Shown here piece after piece: positions 30,310 through 39,664 of a stretch of DNA of 45,714 nucleotides. How positions within the stretch are numbered: position 1 is the first letter of the stretch; each line of letters starts with the position of its first letter. Both the position numbers and the translations under genes were made by a program. The notes below the pieces were generated by a model that saw only the letters and a program-made list of their open reading frames with translations, did no database searches and was not told the DNA's origin. The DNA is from Actinomycetota bacterium (GTDB taxonomy: Bacteria > Actinomycetota > Acidimicrobiia > IMCC26256 > VFJJ01): positions 124,001-169,714 of the forward strand of contig VFJJ01000051.1 of assembly GCA_009886115.1 (NCBI GenBank), read 5' to 3'.

Positions 30310-32151
30310 TCAGCCGCCGAGCACGGTGAGCTCGGCAATGCCGCCGCAGTCGGGGCTCTCGTGGCCGGTGAGCGTGAGGGCCACGCTTCGGCCGCTCACC
30401 CCGGGGAACACCGCGACGTCGGGGTCGGGCGTCCCCGCCAGCTCGTGGGTCTCCTCGAACACCGTGGTGCCGTCACCGTCGATGACCCTGATCGTGACGG
30501 CGTCGAAGCCGAAGTTCTGCCGGAACTCCGGGTTGGCCTGGAGGGCGTTGCCGGTGATGCGCACCTCGCTGATGGGGGTGTCGGCATCGAGCAACCACAC
30601 GTACACCGACGACGGGCCGTCGACGTCGCCGGCCGAGAACCATGACGTGGTCGGATCGTCGTCGATGGCCAGGGCCGCCGGGAACTCCCCTCCGGGGTAC
30701 TCCGACGACGCCGTCACCGTGCCCCGTCGGGTGATGTCGGAACGTGGCCGCGTCGTGGCCGGGACGGTCGCGGTCGCGGTCGCGGTCGTGGCCGTGGTTC
30801 CGACCGTCTCCGGCGTCGGCACCGTCGTCGTCGTCGTCGGTCCGGTCGTGGTTGAGGGCACCTCGGGGACCACCGCCCCGAGGTCGAAGTCGGCGTCACC
30901 GGTTGAACCAACCGGTCGTTCGAATTGCTCGCCGGTGTCGACGTCGGTGAGGACGAGCGTGGCCAGCGGATCCGCCGAGGGCGACACCACCGCCACCGAG
31001 ACCGGGTCGAATCCCTCCCACGACGGTCCGGTGTAGAAGGCGGCCGCAGCGACAGGCTCAGGCTCGAGGAGCGGGTTCCCGCAACGGCACCGCACCCGGG
31101 GCACACCCCGATCGTCGACGAGCACCGCCGTGCCCGCCTGGAGCACCGACTGCCGAGGCGTCGCCCGTCCGTTTGAGTAGCCGTGGTTGGTGACCCGGGT
31201 GTCGGCGCCGAGCACGACCGGCGTGAGCCGGTCCACGTATTCGGCGATCTCCGATGGGTCGATGCCGAGCACCTCGGCCCAGGCCCGGGCCTTGTCGGGA
31301 CTCTCGCCGAGGAACTCGACCAACTGCACCGGATCGCACGCGCCGTCGTCGCGGGTGCCGCCGTACAGGCCCGGTGTACCCCCCGGCGAGGTGGAGATGA
31401 GGATGGTCCCCTCGGCGGTGGTGGGCGCACTGGCCTCGGTGACGCTCAGCGGTGTCACTCCTTGTCCACCGCTCTTGGGCGGCCGGGCCCGATCGACCGA
31501 CTTGGTGAACACGGCGGGCCCCGGCGACGACGCCCGTTCGAGGAAGATCTCGCCCGGAGCGCCAACCGGGGCCCCGTCCGAAGCTGTGGTGTCGTCTCCC
31601 CCGCCCATCACCACCACGGCGATGGCGACGATGGCGATCACCAGCGCCACCGCGGCACCTGCGAGCCAACGGTTCGACGATGTCGCCCGGGCGGGCCCCG
31701 GGACGAACGGGACGGGTACCACGGGGGGAACGGCCGCCCCGGGCGGGGTCGGTGGCGGCGGCACCCACCCGGCTGCGGGCAGGGCGCCGGACGGGTCGCC
31801 CGGCAGGGGCGGTAGTGCCGGCAGGGGCGGCAGCGGCGGGACGGCTGAGCTTGCTCCCGACGGGACCGGCGGCCCCGGGAGTTGCGGCAGTTGCGATGCC
31901 ATCCAGGCTTCGAGCTCGGCGATGCGGACGTTGGCGGCGTCGGTCGCGAGCATCCGGGCGACATTGGCGGCCAGGACCGGCAGCACCACGCCGAGCGCCA
32001 CAGCGACGCCCACGACGTTGCGAGTCGGGAACAGCACGGCGAACTGCTGGAGCAGCACCAGCACCCCGAGCGCCCCAACCAGACCCGAGAGCACACCGAT
32101 GACGGGGAACGCGAACCGGTGGCGGGCCCGGGGCAGACCGACGCCGTTCAT
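30310..32151 (-). CDS. Membrane protein with DUF6777 and C-terminal discoidin/F5-8-like domain
   Basis: TM segments and Pro-rich region, PGLYGGT...DTRVTNHGY...QAGTAVLVD...RCRCGNPL, Thr-rich linker, then ASSEY...AIDDDPTTSWF...IAEL. Confidence 0.82.
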   Translation of the reverse strand: MNGVGLPRARHRFAFPVIGVLSGLVGALGVLVLLQQFAVLFPTRNVVGVAVALGVVLPVLAANVARMLATDAANVRIAELEAWMASQLPQLPGPPVPSGASSAVPPLPPLPALPPLPGDPSGALPAAGWVPPPPTPPGAAVPPVVPVPFVPGPARATSSNRWLAGAAVALVIAIVAIAVVVMGGGDDTTASDGAPVGAPGEIFLERASSPGPAVFTKSVDRARPPKSGGQGVTPLSVTEASAPTTAEGTILISTSPGGTPGLYGGTRDDGACDPVQLVEFLGESPDKARAWAEVLGIDPSEIAEYVDRLTPVVLGADTRVTNHGYSNGRATPRQSVLQAGTAVLVDDRGVPRVRCRCGNPLLEPEPVAAAAFYTGPSWEGFDPVSVAVVSPSADPLATLVLTDVDTGEQFERPVGSTGDADFDLGAVVPEVPSTTTGPTTTTTVPTPETVGTTATTATATATVPATTRPRSDITRRGTVTASSEYPGGEFPAALAIDDDPTTSWFSAGDVDGPSSVYVWLLDADTPISEVRITGNALQANPEFRQNFGFDAVTIRVIDGDGTTVFEETHELAGTPDPDVAVFPGVSGRSVALTLTGHESPDCGGIAELTVLGG

Positions 32152-32870
32152 CGGATCGACGCCGGTCCGCCGGGGGCCCCGCCGAGCTGTTCGGCGAGCG
32201 CTCGGATCCCGTCGGGGCCCGAGCTCAGGTAGCTCTCGATCAGCGCGACCTGGTCGGCGGGTGTGGCGACGAGGGACTGGTTCTGCACGAGCGGAGCTCG
32301 CGGGTCGAAGCTCGGCGACCGGCCGCGGCTCCGGCCCCTGACCGCACGCCGTGTTCCGGCTGCGACACCGGCGAGCCCGAGCCCGGCGAGCACGACGCCG
32401 GCCCAGCCGGCGACGGTCGCCAGCGGGTTGCCGCCCACCTTCACGAGCACGGAACCTTCACAGGCCCCGGGTCCGGTGCTGGTGGCGTGCACCTTGTAGA
32501 GCCCCACTCCGAAGCGGGAGTAGTCGCCGACCTCGATGCGGTCGCTCCAGATGATGGAGCCCGGCTCGCCTTCGGCCACCTGCCACCGGAAGCCCGCGAA
32601 CTCGAGCTCGATCGTGTACGTCTCGATGATCGCATCGGACTCGACGACGATCTCGACGGTCGCGTCCTGGTCGACCTCGACGGCCTGGCCGGGGTCGTCG
32701 GCCGAGCGGCCGGCCACGTCGATCCCGTCGATGCTGGCGCTGCATCGCTCCGAGATCTCGGCACCGGCCGGCCGAGCGCTCGATACCGCCACCAAGCCCG
32801 AGACGGCGACGGCCATCACCGAGCCCGCCAGGACCCGTCTCAGTGCACGGCCTGTGCGCGCCGAGGTCAC
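32148..32870 (-). CDS. Hypothetical exported protein with C-terminal TM anchor
   Basis: Signal peptide ending PAGA, beta-rich domain with two Cys, TM segment VAGWAGVVLAGLGLAGVAAG. GTG lies 7 nt after TACGGT. Confidence 0.7.
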   Translation of the reverse strand: MTSARTGRALRRVLAGSVMAVAVSGLVAVSSARPAGAEISERCSASIDGIDVAGRSADDPGQAVEVDQDATVEIVVESDAIIETYTIELEFAGFRWQVAEGEPGSIIWSDRIEVGDYSRFGVGLYKVHATSTGPGACEGSVLVKVGGNPLATVAGWAGVVLAGLGLAGVAAGTRRAVRGRSRGRSPSFDPRAPLVQNQSLVATPADQVALIESYLSSGPDGIRALAEQLGGAPGGPASIR

Positions 32871-32910
32871 GACACGAACCGTAGTCCCGGCGGCCCCACA
32901 CGACGCTCGC

Positions 32911-32970
32911 CATGACCGTCCACAGCCGAACGTGGCCGTCCATGGCCGGCCATGGCCGTCCACGACACGT
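32911..32970. repeat. 10-bp-period degenerate repeat array containing a 16-bp palindrome
   Basis: catgaccgtc, cacagccgaa, cgtggccgtc, catggccggc, catggccgtc, cacgacacgt; palindrome ccatggccggccatgg at 32940-32955. Confidence 0.6.
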
Positions 32971-32982
32971 GCCGGAAACGGG

Positions 32983-34215
32983 CTACACCACCGCGCCGGC
33001 GAGGCCTTTCTTCAACGCCGAGTTGGCTCCGTCGGGAAGACCGTCGAGCGGCGTGGCGAGCTCGTCGACCGTGGGGCCGTACCGAGCCGCGATGGGGGCC
33101 AGCGAGTCGAGCGAGAACTCGTACATCTCGGCGGCGTTGGTGGCCAGGATCTGGTGCAGCTCGGCCGGCGTTCGCTCGTGAAAGAGCTGACGCAGGTGCT
33201 CGCGAGTGAACGGGTGTGTGCCCTCGTCGTGGGGATAGTCGCTCCCCCACATGAACCGCTCGATGCCGAGCTCGTCGAGCACGGCGGCGTCGGCCCACGA
33301 GGGCTGCGACACCGCAACATGGCAGTTCTGCTTGAAGTAGTCGGTGGCCGACTGCGGGAGGATGTGCTCCTTGGTGTACTTGATCTCGCCGGTCTCGCCG
33401 GTGTCGCGGATCGAGGCCAGCGTGGCGTCGAGCCGACGCAGCAGCGGTGGCAGCCAGGCGCAGCCCATCTCGGCCATCACGAACTTCATGTTCGGATGCC
33501 GCTCGAACACACCGCCCATGAGCATGTGCATGAATGGGCGCTGCGAGTGGAAGTGGGCCTCGGTGATGTAGAGGAGCTGCGCCACCGGCTCCTTGCCGTA
33601 GTCGGGAACACCAGTCCCCCCATGGGCATTGACGGGAACACCCATTTCCTCGGCCGCGACCCAGAACGGGTCGTAGTACCGGTCGAAGAGCGGCTTGACC
33701 CAGGTGCAGTCGGGCGGAACATTCGGGATGAGCACCCCGCCGCGCAGGCCGTTGTCCTTGATGAAACGCAGATCCTCGAGCGCGTCGTCGATGTCGTTGA
33801 AGAACACCTGACCCACACCCGCCCGTTGCGCAGGGAACTCATTGCACCACTCGACCAGCCACCGGTTGTGGGCCCGGATCCCCGCCAGCCGATGTGCGTA
33901 GTCCTCGGGCCGCGGTGGCGCCGCGAAGAGCACGAAGCTCGGGAAGAACGGCGGCACCGTGTTGGGGTAGATGACCTCGCCCACCACCCCGTCGGCGAGT
34001 TGCTGGCTGTTGCGCATCTCGTTGTCCCAGTTGCGCAACCGCCGGTTGTCGCCCAGATCCTTGAACGGGTTCTTGTACTTCCCCCGCCACGCGTCGAAGT
34101 CGTCCAGGAACGCCGGGTCGAGGTGCTCGCGGTATGCCGCGTGGCTCCCACCCCCGTGACTGTCGGCCGTGATGATCGTGTAGCGATCCGTCGCCTTGCT
34201 CGGTGCTGTCGCCAT
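32983..34215 (-). CDS. Amidohydrolase_2 family protein
   Basis: ITADSHGG, DGVVGEVIYPN, AHNRWL, GVFERHP and WGSDYPHDEGT. RBS GAGGAGG upstream. Confidence 0.92.
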   Translation of the reverse strand: MATAPSKATDRYTIITADSHGGGSHAAYREHLDPAFLDDFDAWRGKYKNPFKDLGDNRRLRNWDNEMRNSQQLADGVVGEVIYPNTVPPFFPSFVLFAAPPRPEDYAHRLAGIRAHNRWLVEWCNEFPAQRAGVGQVFFNDIDDALEDLRFIKDNGLRGGVLIPNVPPDCTWVKPLFDRYYDPFWVAAEEMGVPVNAHGGTGVPDYGKEPVAQLLYITEAHFHSQRPFMHMLMGGVFERHPNMKFVMAEMGCAWLPPLLRRLDATLASIRDTGETGEIKYTKEHILPQSATDYFKQNCHVAVSQPSWADAAVLDELGIERFMWGSDYPHDEGTHPFTREHLRQLFHERTPAELHQILATNAAEMYEFSLDSLAPIAARYGPTVDELATPLDGLPDGANSALKKGLAGAVV

Positions 34216-34450
34216 CGTGGGAGAGTCCTCCTCGGTCTGGTGGTCGGGGCCGCCCTGATCGGCCCCCGCCTGCTCCCCAACCCTACGCCGCTCACTGTCC
34301 GACAAGCCCGTGCGGGCGGACACCACCCCGCATCGGTGATCGGACACAACCCCGGCCGAGCGGTGGGCACGACGACGTCACAGGGCACGTCCAACTGCCC
34401 ACTGCTCGGAGTCGCTTCAGGCGGGACCGACCGCGCCCGGGTGGCGGAGC

Positions 34451-34963
34451 TCAGCTCGAAGCCCCGGCCCGCTTTCGGTGGGCCTTCAGGGCCATCTCGA
34501 GGCCGGCCTTGACGAGCTTGTCGTTGTCCTTGGAGATGAAGCGGTGCACCCGACGTTCGAGCAGCACTCGCATGATCGGGTTGAAGACGTGGTAGGTCTC
34601 GCGGAAGTGCACCCGGGTGCTGCCGTCGCCGAGGTCCTCGTAACGCTGCCGGCCCTCGGCCTGTGACCACAAGGGTTTGCCGATGGCGTCGTACTTCGAC
34701 GACACGCCGGGCACGATCTCGCTGACCATCTCCCACGACTGGGCCCGTCCACCCGAGAGCAGATACCGGGGCACCCGGAACCAGCAGTGGCGCACCAGGC
34801 CGTCACCGTGCTCGTCACCCTCGTGGAGGATCTCGATGCGGACGGGGCCGTGCTCGATCACCCGCTTCTCGCCCGGCCCCAGCTTGGGATGGACCGGATG
34901 CGTCGCGGCCCACAACTCCGACGGCGCTGCATCGATGATGAACGAGTACTCGTGCACCTGCAT
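34451..34963 (-). CDS. SRPBCC/START-like family protein
   Basis: IIDAAPSELWA...EDLGDGSTRVHFRETY plus a C-terminal helix. RBS AAGGAGG upstream. Confidence 0.78.
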   Translation of the reverse strand: MQVHEYSFIIDAAPSELWAATHPVHPKLGPGEKRVIEHGPVRIEILHEGDEHGDGLVRHCWFRVPRYLLSGGRAQSWEMVSEIVPGVSSKYDAIGKPLWSQAEGRQRYEDLGDGSTRVHFRETYHVFNPIMRVLLERRVHRFISKDNDKLVKAGLEMALKAHRKRAGASS

Positions 34964-34986
34964 TGGATGGCCTCCTTGGACGGCCG

Positions 34987-35205
34987 TCAGAGCGAGAAGT
35001 CGATGACGGTACGGGCGACGGTGACGGCCCGCATGGCGTCGTAGCCCTCATTGATCTCGGCGAGGGGACGGCGCGCCGACACCATCTCGTCGAGCAGCAG
35101 CCGGCCGTCGAGATACATCTCGATGTAGGCCGGCATGTCGGAGCGGAACTGGTTCGAGCCCATCAGCGAGCCCTGGATCCGCTTCTCGGTGGCGAACAGT
35201 CCAGC
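34987..35205 (-). pseudogene. C-terminal remnant of a Zn-dependent (class III-like) alcohol dehydrogenase
   Basis: EKRIQGSLMGSNQFRSDMPAYIEMYLDGRLLLDEMVS...LAEINEGYDAM...ARTVIDF is an MDR C-terminus; upstream sequence loses similarity. Confidence 0.82.
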
Positions 35206-35355
35206 CGACCGGGGACGGTGTTCAGGACGGCTGCACGCATCGCTGCTCCCCCGTTGGTCGATGGCCGAGGTGGCCGCCTGCAGGCTACGAGCTGCGCGAG
35301 ATTCTTCGCCAGATCGTCGGAATTCCCTTGTGTTCATTGGGGTATCGGTGTAGCA

Positions 35356-35371
35356 TCGAATGTATGTTCGG
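35356..35371 (+). promoter_or_regulatory. Actinobacterial LexA (SOS) box overlapping a leaderless start
   Basis: TCGAAT-GTAT-GTTCGG matches TCGAAC-N4-GTTCGA at 10 of 12 positions. -10 TAGCAT at 35351-35356; ATG at 35364. Confidence 0.65.
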
Positions 35372-36650
35372 GTGGGGTGAAGGATCCGGCGACGAGCTCG
35401 GCGAGCAGTTCGGTGGGCAGTTCGCGGCCTGGTTCGAACGGCTCGACGTCACCGCCGACCCCGACCTGATCGCGGCCGGGTTCTCGGTTCGTGACCATCT
35501 GTCGTGTGTGCTCACCGGGGCTGTGTCACGACTCGACGCCGAGCGAGGCTGCGTGGCCGATGGGGCGTTGAGCACCCGGGCCTGGCTCCAGAACCAGGCC
35601 CGCCTCGACGAAGCCGAAGCCGCTCGCACGCTCAGGACGGCACGCCGGTTGCGACGCTGGCCGGTCACAACCTCCGCGTGGGAGTCCGGGCGACTTTCGG
35701 CCGGTCAGGTCACGGCGATCGTCAACCTCGTCGGTTCGAACGAACGGTTGGTCGCGTTGTTCGCTGAGCACGAGACCGAGATCATCGCCGGGCTCGCCGA
35801 TCTCACCGCGTACGACACGATGATCGCGATGCGCCGCTGGCGGCACCTCGCCAACCAGCAGATCGACACCGAACCGAACCCGACACCCGAACCCGACCCG
35901 GGGCCGGATGCTCATCCCGATGATCGGCCCGAACCCGAGCCGGAACCGGTCGTGCAGTCGTTGCACCTCTCGGCCCATTTCGATGGGCACTGGCGCCTCG
36001 ACGCCAACCTCGGCCCCGAAGGCGGCACGATCATCGACAAGGCCATCGACCTCGCGACACTCCCCGACATCGACCGCGACATCGACGGGCCCGGTGGCCG
36101 CTGGGGATCCGAACGACGAGCCGACGCGCTCGTCGAGATCTGCCGGTCCTTCCTCGCACACCACGACCACGGCACCGCCAAGCCGCGCAACCGGCCCCAC
36201 ATCAACATCGTCGTCGACCTCCCCTGGCTCCACGGCCAGGCCGGCCGGGCTGAAACGATCGAAGGGCTCCCCCTCGACCGGCCCACCATCGAACGCCTGC
36301 TCTGCGACGCCGACATCCACCGGGTCATCACCAACGGACCCAGCGTGATCCTCGACTACGGACGAGCCACCCGCACCACCACCCCCGAACAATGGAACGC
36401 GTTACTGCTCCGCGACCGGCACTGCACCTGGCCCGCCGGATGCACCATCGCCGCGAAACGCTGCCATGCCCATCACGAACCCGAGTGGATCCATAGCGGC
36501 ACCACCAACATCAACACCATGCGACTCCTCTGCACCGGCCACCACTGGCTCCGCCACCAACCCGGATGGCACGCCAAGATCCTCCCCGACACCACCTACC
36601 AAGTCACCAGTCCCAAGGGCAAGACCTTCACCAGCCGCCCCCGATGTTGA
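35364..36650 (+). mobile_element. DUF222 + HNH endonuclease (REP13E12-like element)
   Basis: GALSTRAWL, GRLSAGQV, RRADALVEIC, RPHINIVVD, RLLCDA, ILDYGRATR and RDRHCTWPAGC...HAHH...LLCTGHH. Confidence 0.9.
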
Positions 36651-36708
36651 GATCCCATTCGTGCGTAGGCTCCAATGGGCGAGCGGCCAGGCGGCGAGAG
36701 GAGCGGCC

Positions 36709-37764
36709 ATGAGGGCAGTCGTGATGCGCAGCGGGCAGCTCGTCGTCGACGACATCGCCGAGCCCACGCCGGGTCCGGGCCAGGCCCTCGTGGAGGTGCT
36801 GGCCTGTGGGATCTGCGGCTCCGACCTCCACGCGCTGGCCCACACCGACGACTTCGCCGAGACCGCAGCCATCTCCGGCGATGCGCTGTTCCGGTTCCGG
36901 CCCGAGCGCGACCTCGTGATGGGACATGAGATGTGCACCCGGGTGCTCGACGTGCACCCGTCGGTCACCTCGGTGCGGACGGGCGACGTGCTCGTCGGGA
37001 TGCCGATCGTGATCGAGCCCGACGGGGTCCACTGCGTCGGTTACACCAACGACCACAACGGTGGTTTCGCCGAGCGCATGGTGATCACCGCCGACGTGGC
37101 GATCCCCGTCCCTGCCGATGTCGACCCCCGGCACGCCGCGCTCGCCGATCCCATCGCCGTCGGCATCAACGGGGTCTGGCGCTCGCGCGCCGAAGCGGGA
37201 AGGGCCGCGTACGTCGCCGGCTGTGGTCCCATCGGGCTGGGAACCATCCTGGCTCTGCGTCGGGCAGGGCTGGGGCCGATCATCGCTGCCGACCATTCGC
37301 CGCTGCGCCGACGTCTCGCCGAGCACTGTGGCGCCGATGAGGTGCTCGACCCGGGAACGACAGACCTGGCGAGTGCCATGGGACGGTTACCGACCGACAG
37401 CGGGCATCCGCCGGTGCTGTTCGACTGCGTCGGTGTCGCCGGCCTCATCGACCAGTTCATCGTGGCCGCTCCCCGTCGAAGCACCGTGGTCGTGCTCGGC
37501 GCGTGCATGCCCCCCGACCGCTTCCGGCCGATGCTGGCGCAATGGCGCGATCTCACGTTCGAGTTCGTGCTCTCGGGCCCGCCCGACAGCTACAACCAGG
37601 CGTTGGCCATCGTTGCCGCTGCGCCTGTCGACCTCGAGCCCCTCATCACCGCCAGCGTGGGACTCGATGGCGTGGCGCAGGCCTTTCGGGATCTGGCCGA
37701 TCCGGCCGAGCACTGCAAGATCATGGTCTGCCCCTCGGCGCCGAAGGACGCCGAAGAGCGCTGA
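36709..37764 (+). CDS. Zn-binding MDR dehydrogenase
   Basis: ACGICGSDLH, MGHE, GCGPIGL and FDCVG; lacks the structural-zinc Cys cluster. RBS GAGGAG upstream. Confidence 0.92.
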   Translation: MRAVVMRSGQLVVDDIAEPTPGPGQALVEVLACGICGSDLHALAHTDDFAETAAISGDALFRFRPERDLVMGHEMCTRVLDVHPSVTSVRTGDVLVGMPIVIEPDGVHCVGYTNDHNGGFAERMVITADVAIPVPADVDPRHAALADPIAVGINGVWRSRAEAGRAAYVAGCGPIGLGTILALRRAGLGPIIAADHSPLRRRLAEHCGADEVLDPGTTDLASAMGRLPTDSGHPPVLFDCVGVAGLIDQFIVAAPRRSTVVVLGACMPPDRFRPMLAQWRDLTFEFVLSGPPDSYNQALAIVAAAPVDLEPLITASVGLDGVAQAFRDLADPAEHCKIMVCPSAPKDAEER

Positions 37765-37815
37765 CGAGCGCTGACGGCGCTTCTGAGGGGCCGGCGAGGG
37801 GCCGGCGAGCACGCG

Positions 37816-38616
37816 TCAGCTCGGGTGGACCGGATCGATGTTCCAGCGGATGGTCAGCCGGAGCGACAACGTCTCGCCCGGATCGAGGATCCGAGGGCTG
37901 GCGTTGAAGGCATCCGGGGCATCGGTCTGCGGCTCGATGCACACCATGTCGTCTCGACGATCGAAGACCACCCAGGTCGAGGAGCTCGACTCGAGTCTCA
38001 GCGACAGCGCACCCGGCCACCGGAGCGCAGGAGCCTCGGTCACGCCCTCGAAGCAGTCGTCCCAGGGCCCGGGGCCCGGCGCCACCCGCTCGCCGGTCGG
38101 GATCCCCTCGCCGTCGAGCGCCAGCATCCAGGCGGGCGTGAAGCTCACAACCGCCGATGTGCCTTGGTCCAGACGCCTGCGCAGGCACGGATGCCAGCCC
38201 AGCACGGCGGGCATCGGCTCCTTCCCTGCGGTGACGCTCAGATCGAGGTCGATCGCATCGGCCCGCAGCGTGAACCGCTGCTCGGCTCGTCCGCCGAAGG
38301 CCCAACGGCCGTCGAGATCGAGCCCGAGCTGGCCGTCACGAAAGACCTCCCACTCGGCACGGTGACCGAGCCCGTGAATCGCGTGCGGCGGATGGTCGAC
38401 CTCGACTGCGTGGTGCACGCCGCGGAACACGAACTCCCCGTGCCGGAGTCGCCCGGCCCACGGCGCCATGGCGTAGCAACCCCACGACAGGTCGTCGCTG
38501 CCGAGACGCGGAGCCAGCAACTCCTCGCCGGCGACCACCAGCGAGGCGAGCCGCCCACCGCGCACGGGGTCGATGCGCGCCACGACAGTTCCTGCGGTGA
38601 GTTCCATGAGAGCCAT
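37816..38616 (-). CDS. Aldose 1-epimerase family protein
   Basis: GGRLASL, MAPWAGRL, HAIHG, GWHP, WDDCF and CIEPQT. Confidence 0.9.
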   Translation of the reverse strand: MALMELTAGTVVARIDPVRGGRLASLVVAGEELLAPRLGSDDLSWGCYAMAPWAGRLRHGEFVFRGVHHAVEVDHPPHAIHGLGHRAEWEVFRDGQLGLDLDGRWAFGGRAEQRFTLRADAIDLDLSVTAGKEPMPAVLGWHPCLRRRLDQGTSAVVSFTPAWMLALDGEGIPTGERVAPGPGPWDDCFEGVTEAPALRWPGALSLRLESSSSTWVVFDRRDDMVCIEPQTDAPDAFNASPRILDPGETLSLRLTIRWNIDPVHPS

Positions 38617-38989
38617 GAGGGCACAGCCTGGGCCCGATCGAGCGTGGGGCGCCAACGAGCCGATGTCATCCCCACCATCGCCCAGACCGAGACCGGACCG
38701 CCGTGGCGGGCTGACGGGCTCAGCGCCGAAAGACCCGGGCGAGCCAGCCTGACGGGCGCTCGTCCGACGACCCGGAATCACGGCCAGCGCCGCGTCGTGC
38801 CTTGGCCGCCGCCCGAACCAGCCGCCTCGAGGAAGTCGCCCCCGTCGAAGAGGTTGGCGAACTACGACGATCCCCCGGGCACGCGCATGTCCATGGTCTC
38901 GCCTTCCGCTACCTGGCAACCGTCGCTCGCGACATCAAGCGTAGATCGGTGGCAGCCGACCATTGAACCGAGCACGACGACGGGCTCCG

Positions 38990-39391
38990 CTAGGCCTCGG
39001 CCGCCGGGACGAGGAAGTCGCAGCGGGGACCGGGGGCGCCGGCGAGACGACGGTCGAGCGTCAGCAGGGTCGCGCCGAGAGCCTCGGCCAACGCCACGTA
39101 CAGGGCGTCGTAGCCCCGGAGGTTGGCCCGCAGCTCCCATGCCCGGGCGAGCAGCGGTCGGTGCGACCACCGTTCTCCCGGCCACGCTCGCAGGTCGTCG
39201 ACGGCTTGGGCCGCTGCGGTGTCATCGAGCGCACTGCGGCGATGGTGCGTCTGGATGACAGCCAGCACCTCGGCATCGATGAGATGGGGAGCGGCCTGGT
39301 CGGTGTCTCGGGCGAGATGGGCCCGGATCGTCTCTGACGACGGCGTGTCAGCCACAACCTCGAACAGCGCGCTGGCGTCAACCACCAGCAT
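38990..39391 (-). CDS. vapC: VapC-family PIN toxin
   Basis: MLVVDASAL, APHLIDAEV, YDALYVALAE and LLTLDRRL. Confidence 0.92.
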   Translation of the reverse strand: MLVVDASALFEVVADTPSSETIRAHLARDTDQAAPHLIDAEVLAVIQTHHRRSALDDTAAAQAVDDLRAWPGERWSHRPLLARAWELRANLRGYDALYVALAEALGATLLTLDRRLAGAPGPRCDFLVPAAEA

Positions 39392-39635
39392 GGGAACCTG
39401 CGTGTGGCCACTCGCCGCGGATCTCGTCGAGCGCCTCGATCACCTCGGCACGACTGACGGCCGAGGGCCGACGGCGGGTCCGTTCGAGCCATTCCTCGAC
39501 CGACGGCCGACTCGCCAGACGGGTCGCCTCCCGTCGCAGCAGCTCGGGGACGCTCAGCCCGGCTTCAGCGGCCCGCTGGGCCAACGCGAGATACACCTCG
39601 TCATCGATGTCGCGGATCTGCACCGTCTTCGGCAT
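39378..39635 (-). CDS. FitA/VapB-like RHH antitoxin
   Basis: TVQIRDIDDEVYLALAQRAAEAGLSVPELLR; overlaps the vapC start. Confidence 0.88.
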   Translation of the reverse strand: MPKTVQIRDIDDEVYLALAQRAAEAGLSVPELLRREATRLASRPSVEEWLERTRRRPSAVSRAEVIEALDEIRGEWPHAGSHAGG

Positions 39636-39641
39636 AACCGC

Positions 39642-39664
39642 ATGTTATCATGCAGATATGCATG
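39642..39664 (-). promoter_or_regulatory. Leaderless TA promoter with palindromic operator
   Basis: TAACAT (39647-39642) lies 6 nt before ATG 39635; inverted repeat CATGCA-GATA-TGCATG at 39649-39664. Confidence 0.65.

Noticed and set aside
32911..32970. CRISPR-like or iteron interpretation of short repeats (also 24100-24156 and 39871-39930)
   Set aside because: No unique spacers, and no cas or rep genes in the window.
35325..35356. PafBC (RecA-NDp) promoter upstream of the DUF222 gene
   Set aside because: The position expected for TGTCGG (10 nt before the -10) reads CATTGG; the match is too weak.
38620..38985. Possible gene remnant (MDMRVPGGSS*FANLFDGGDFLEAA) or ncRNA in a 370-bp gap
   Set aside because: Too short and unrecognisable; no convincing stem structure.
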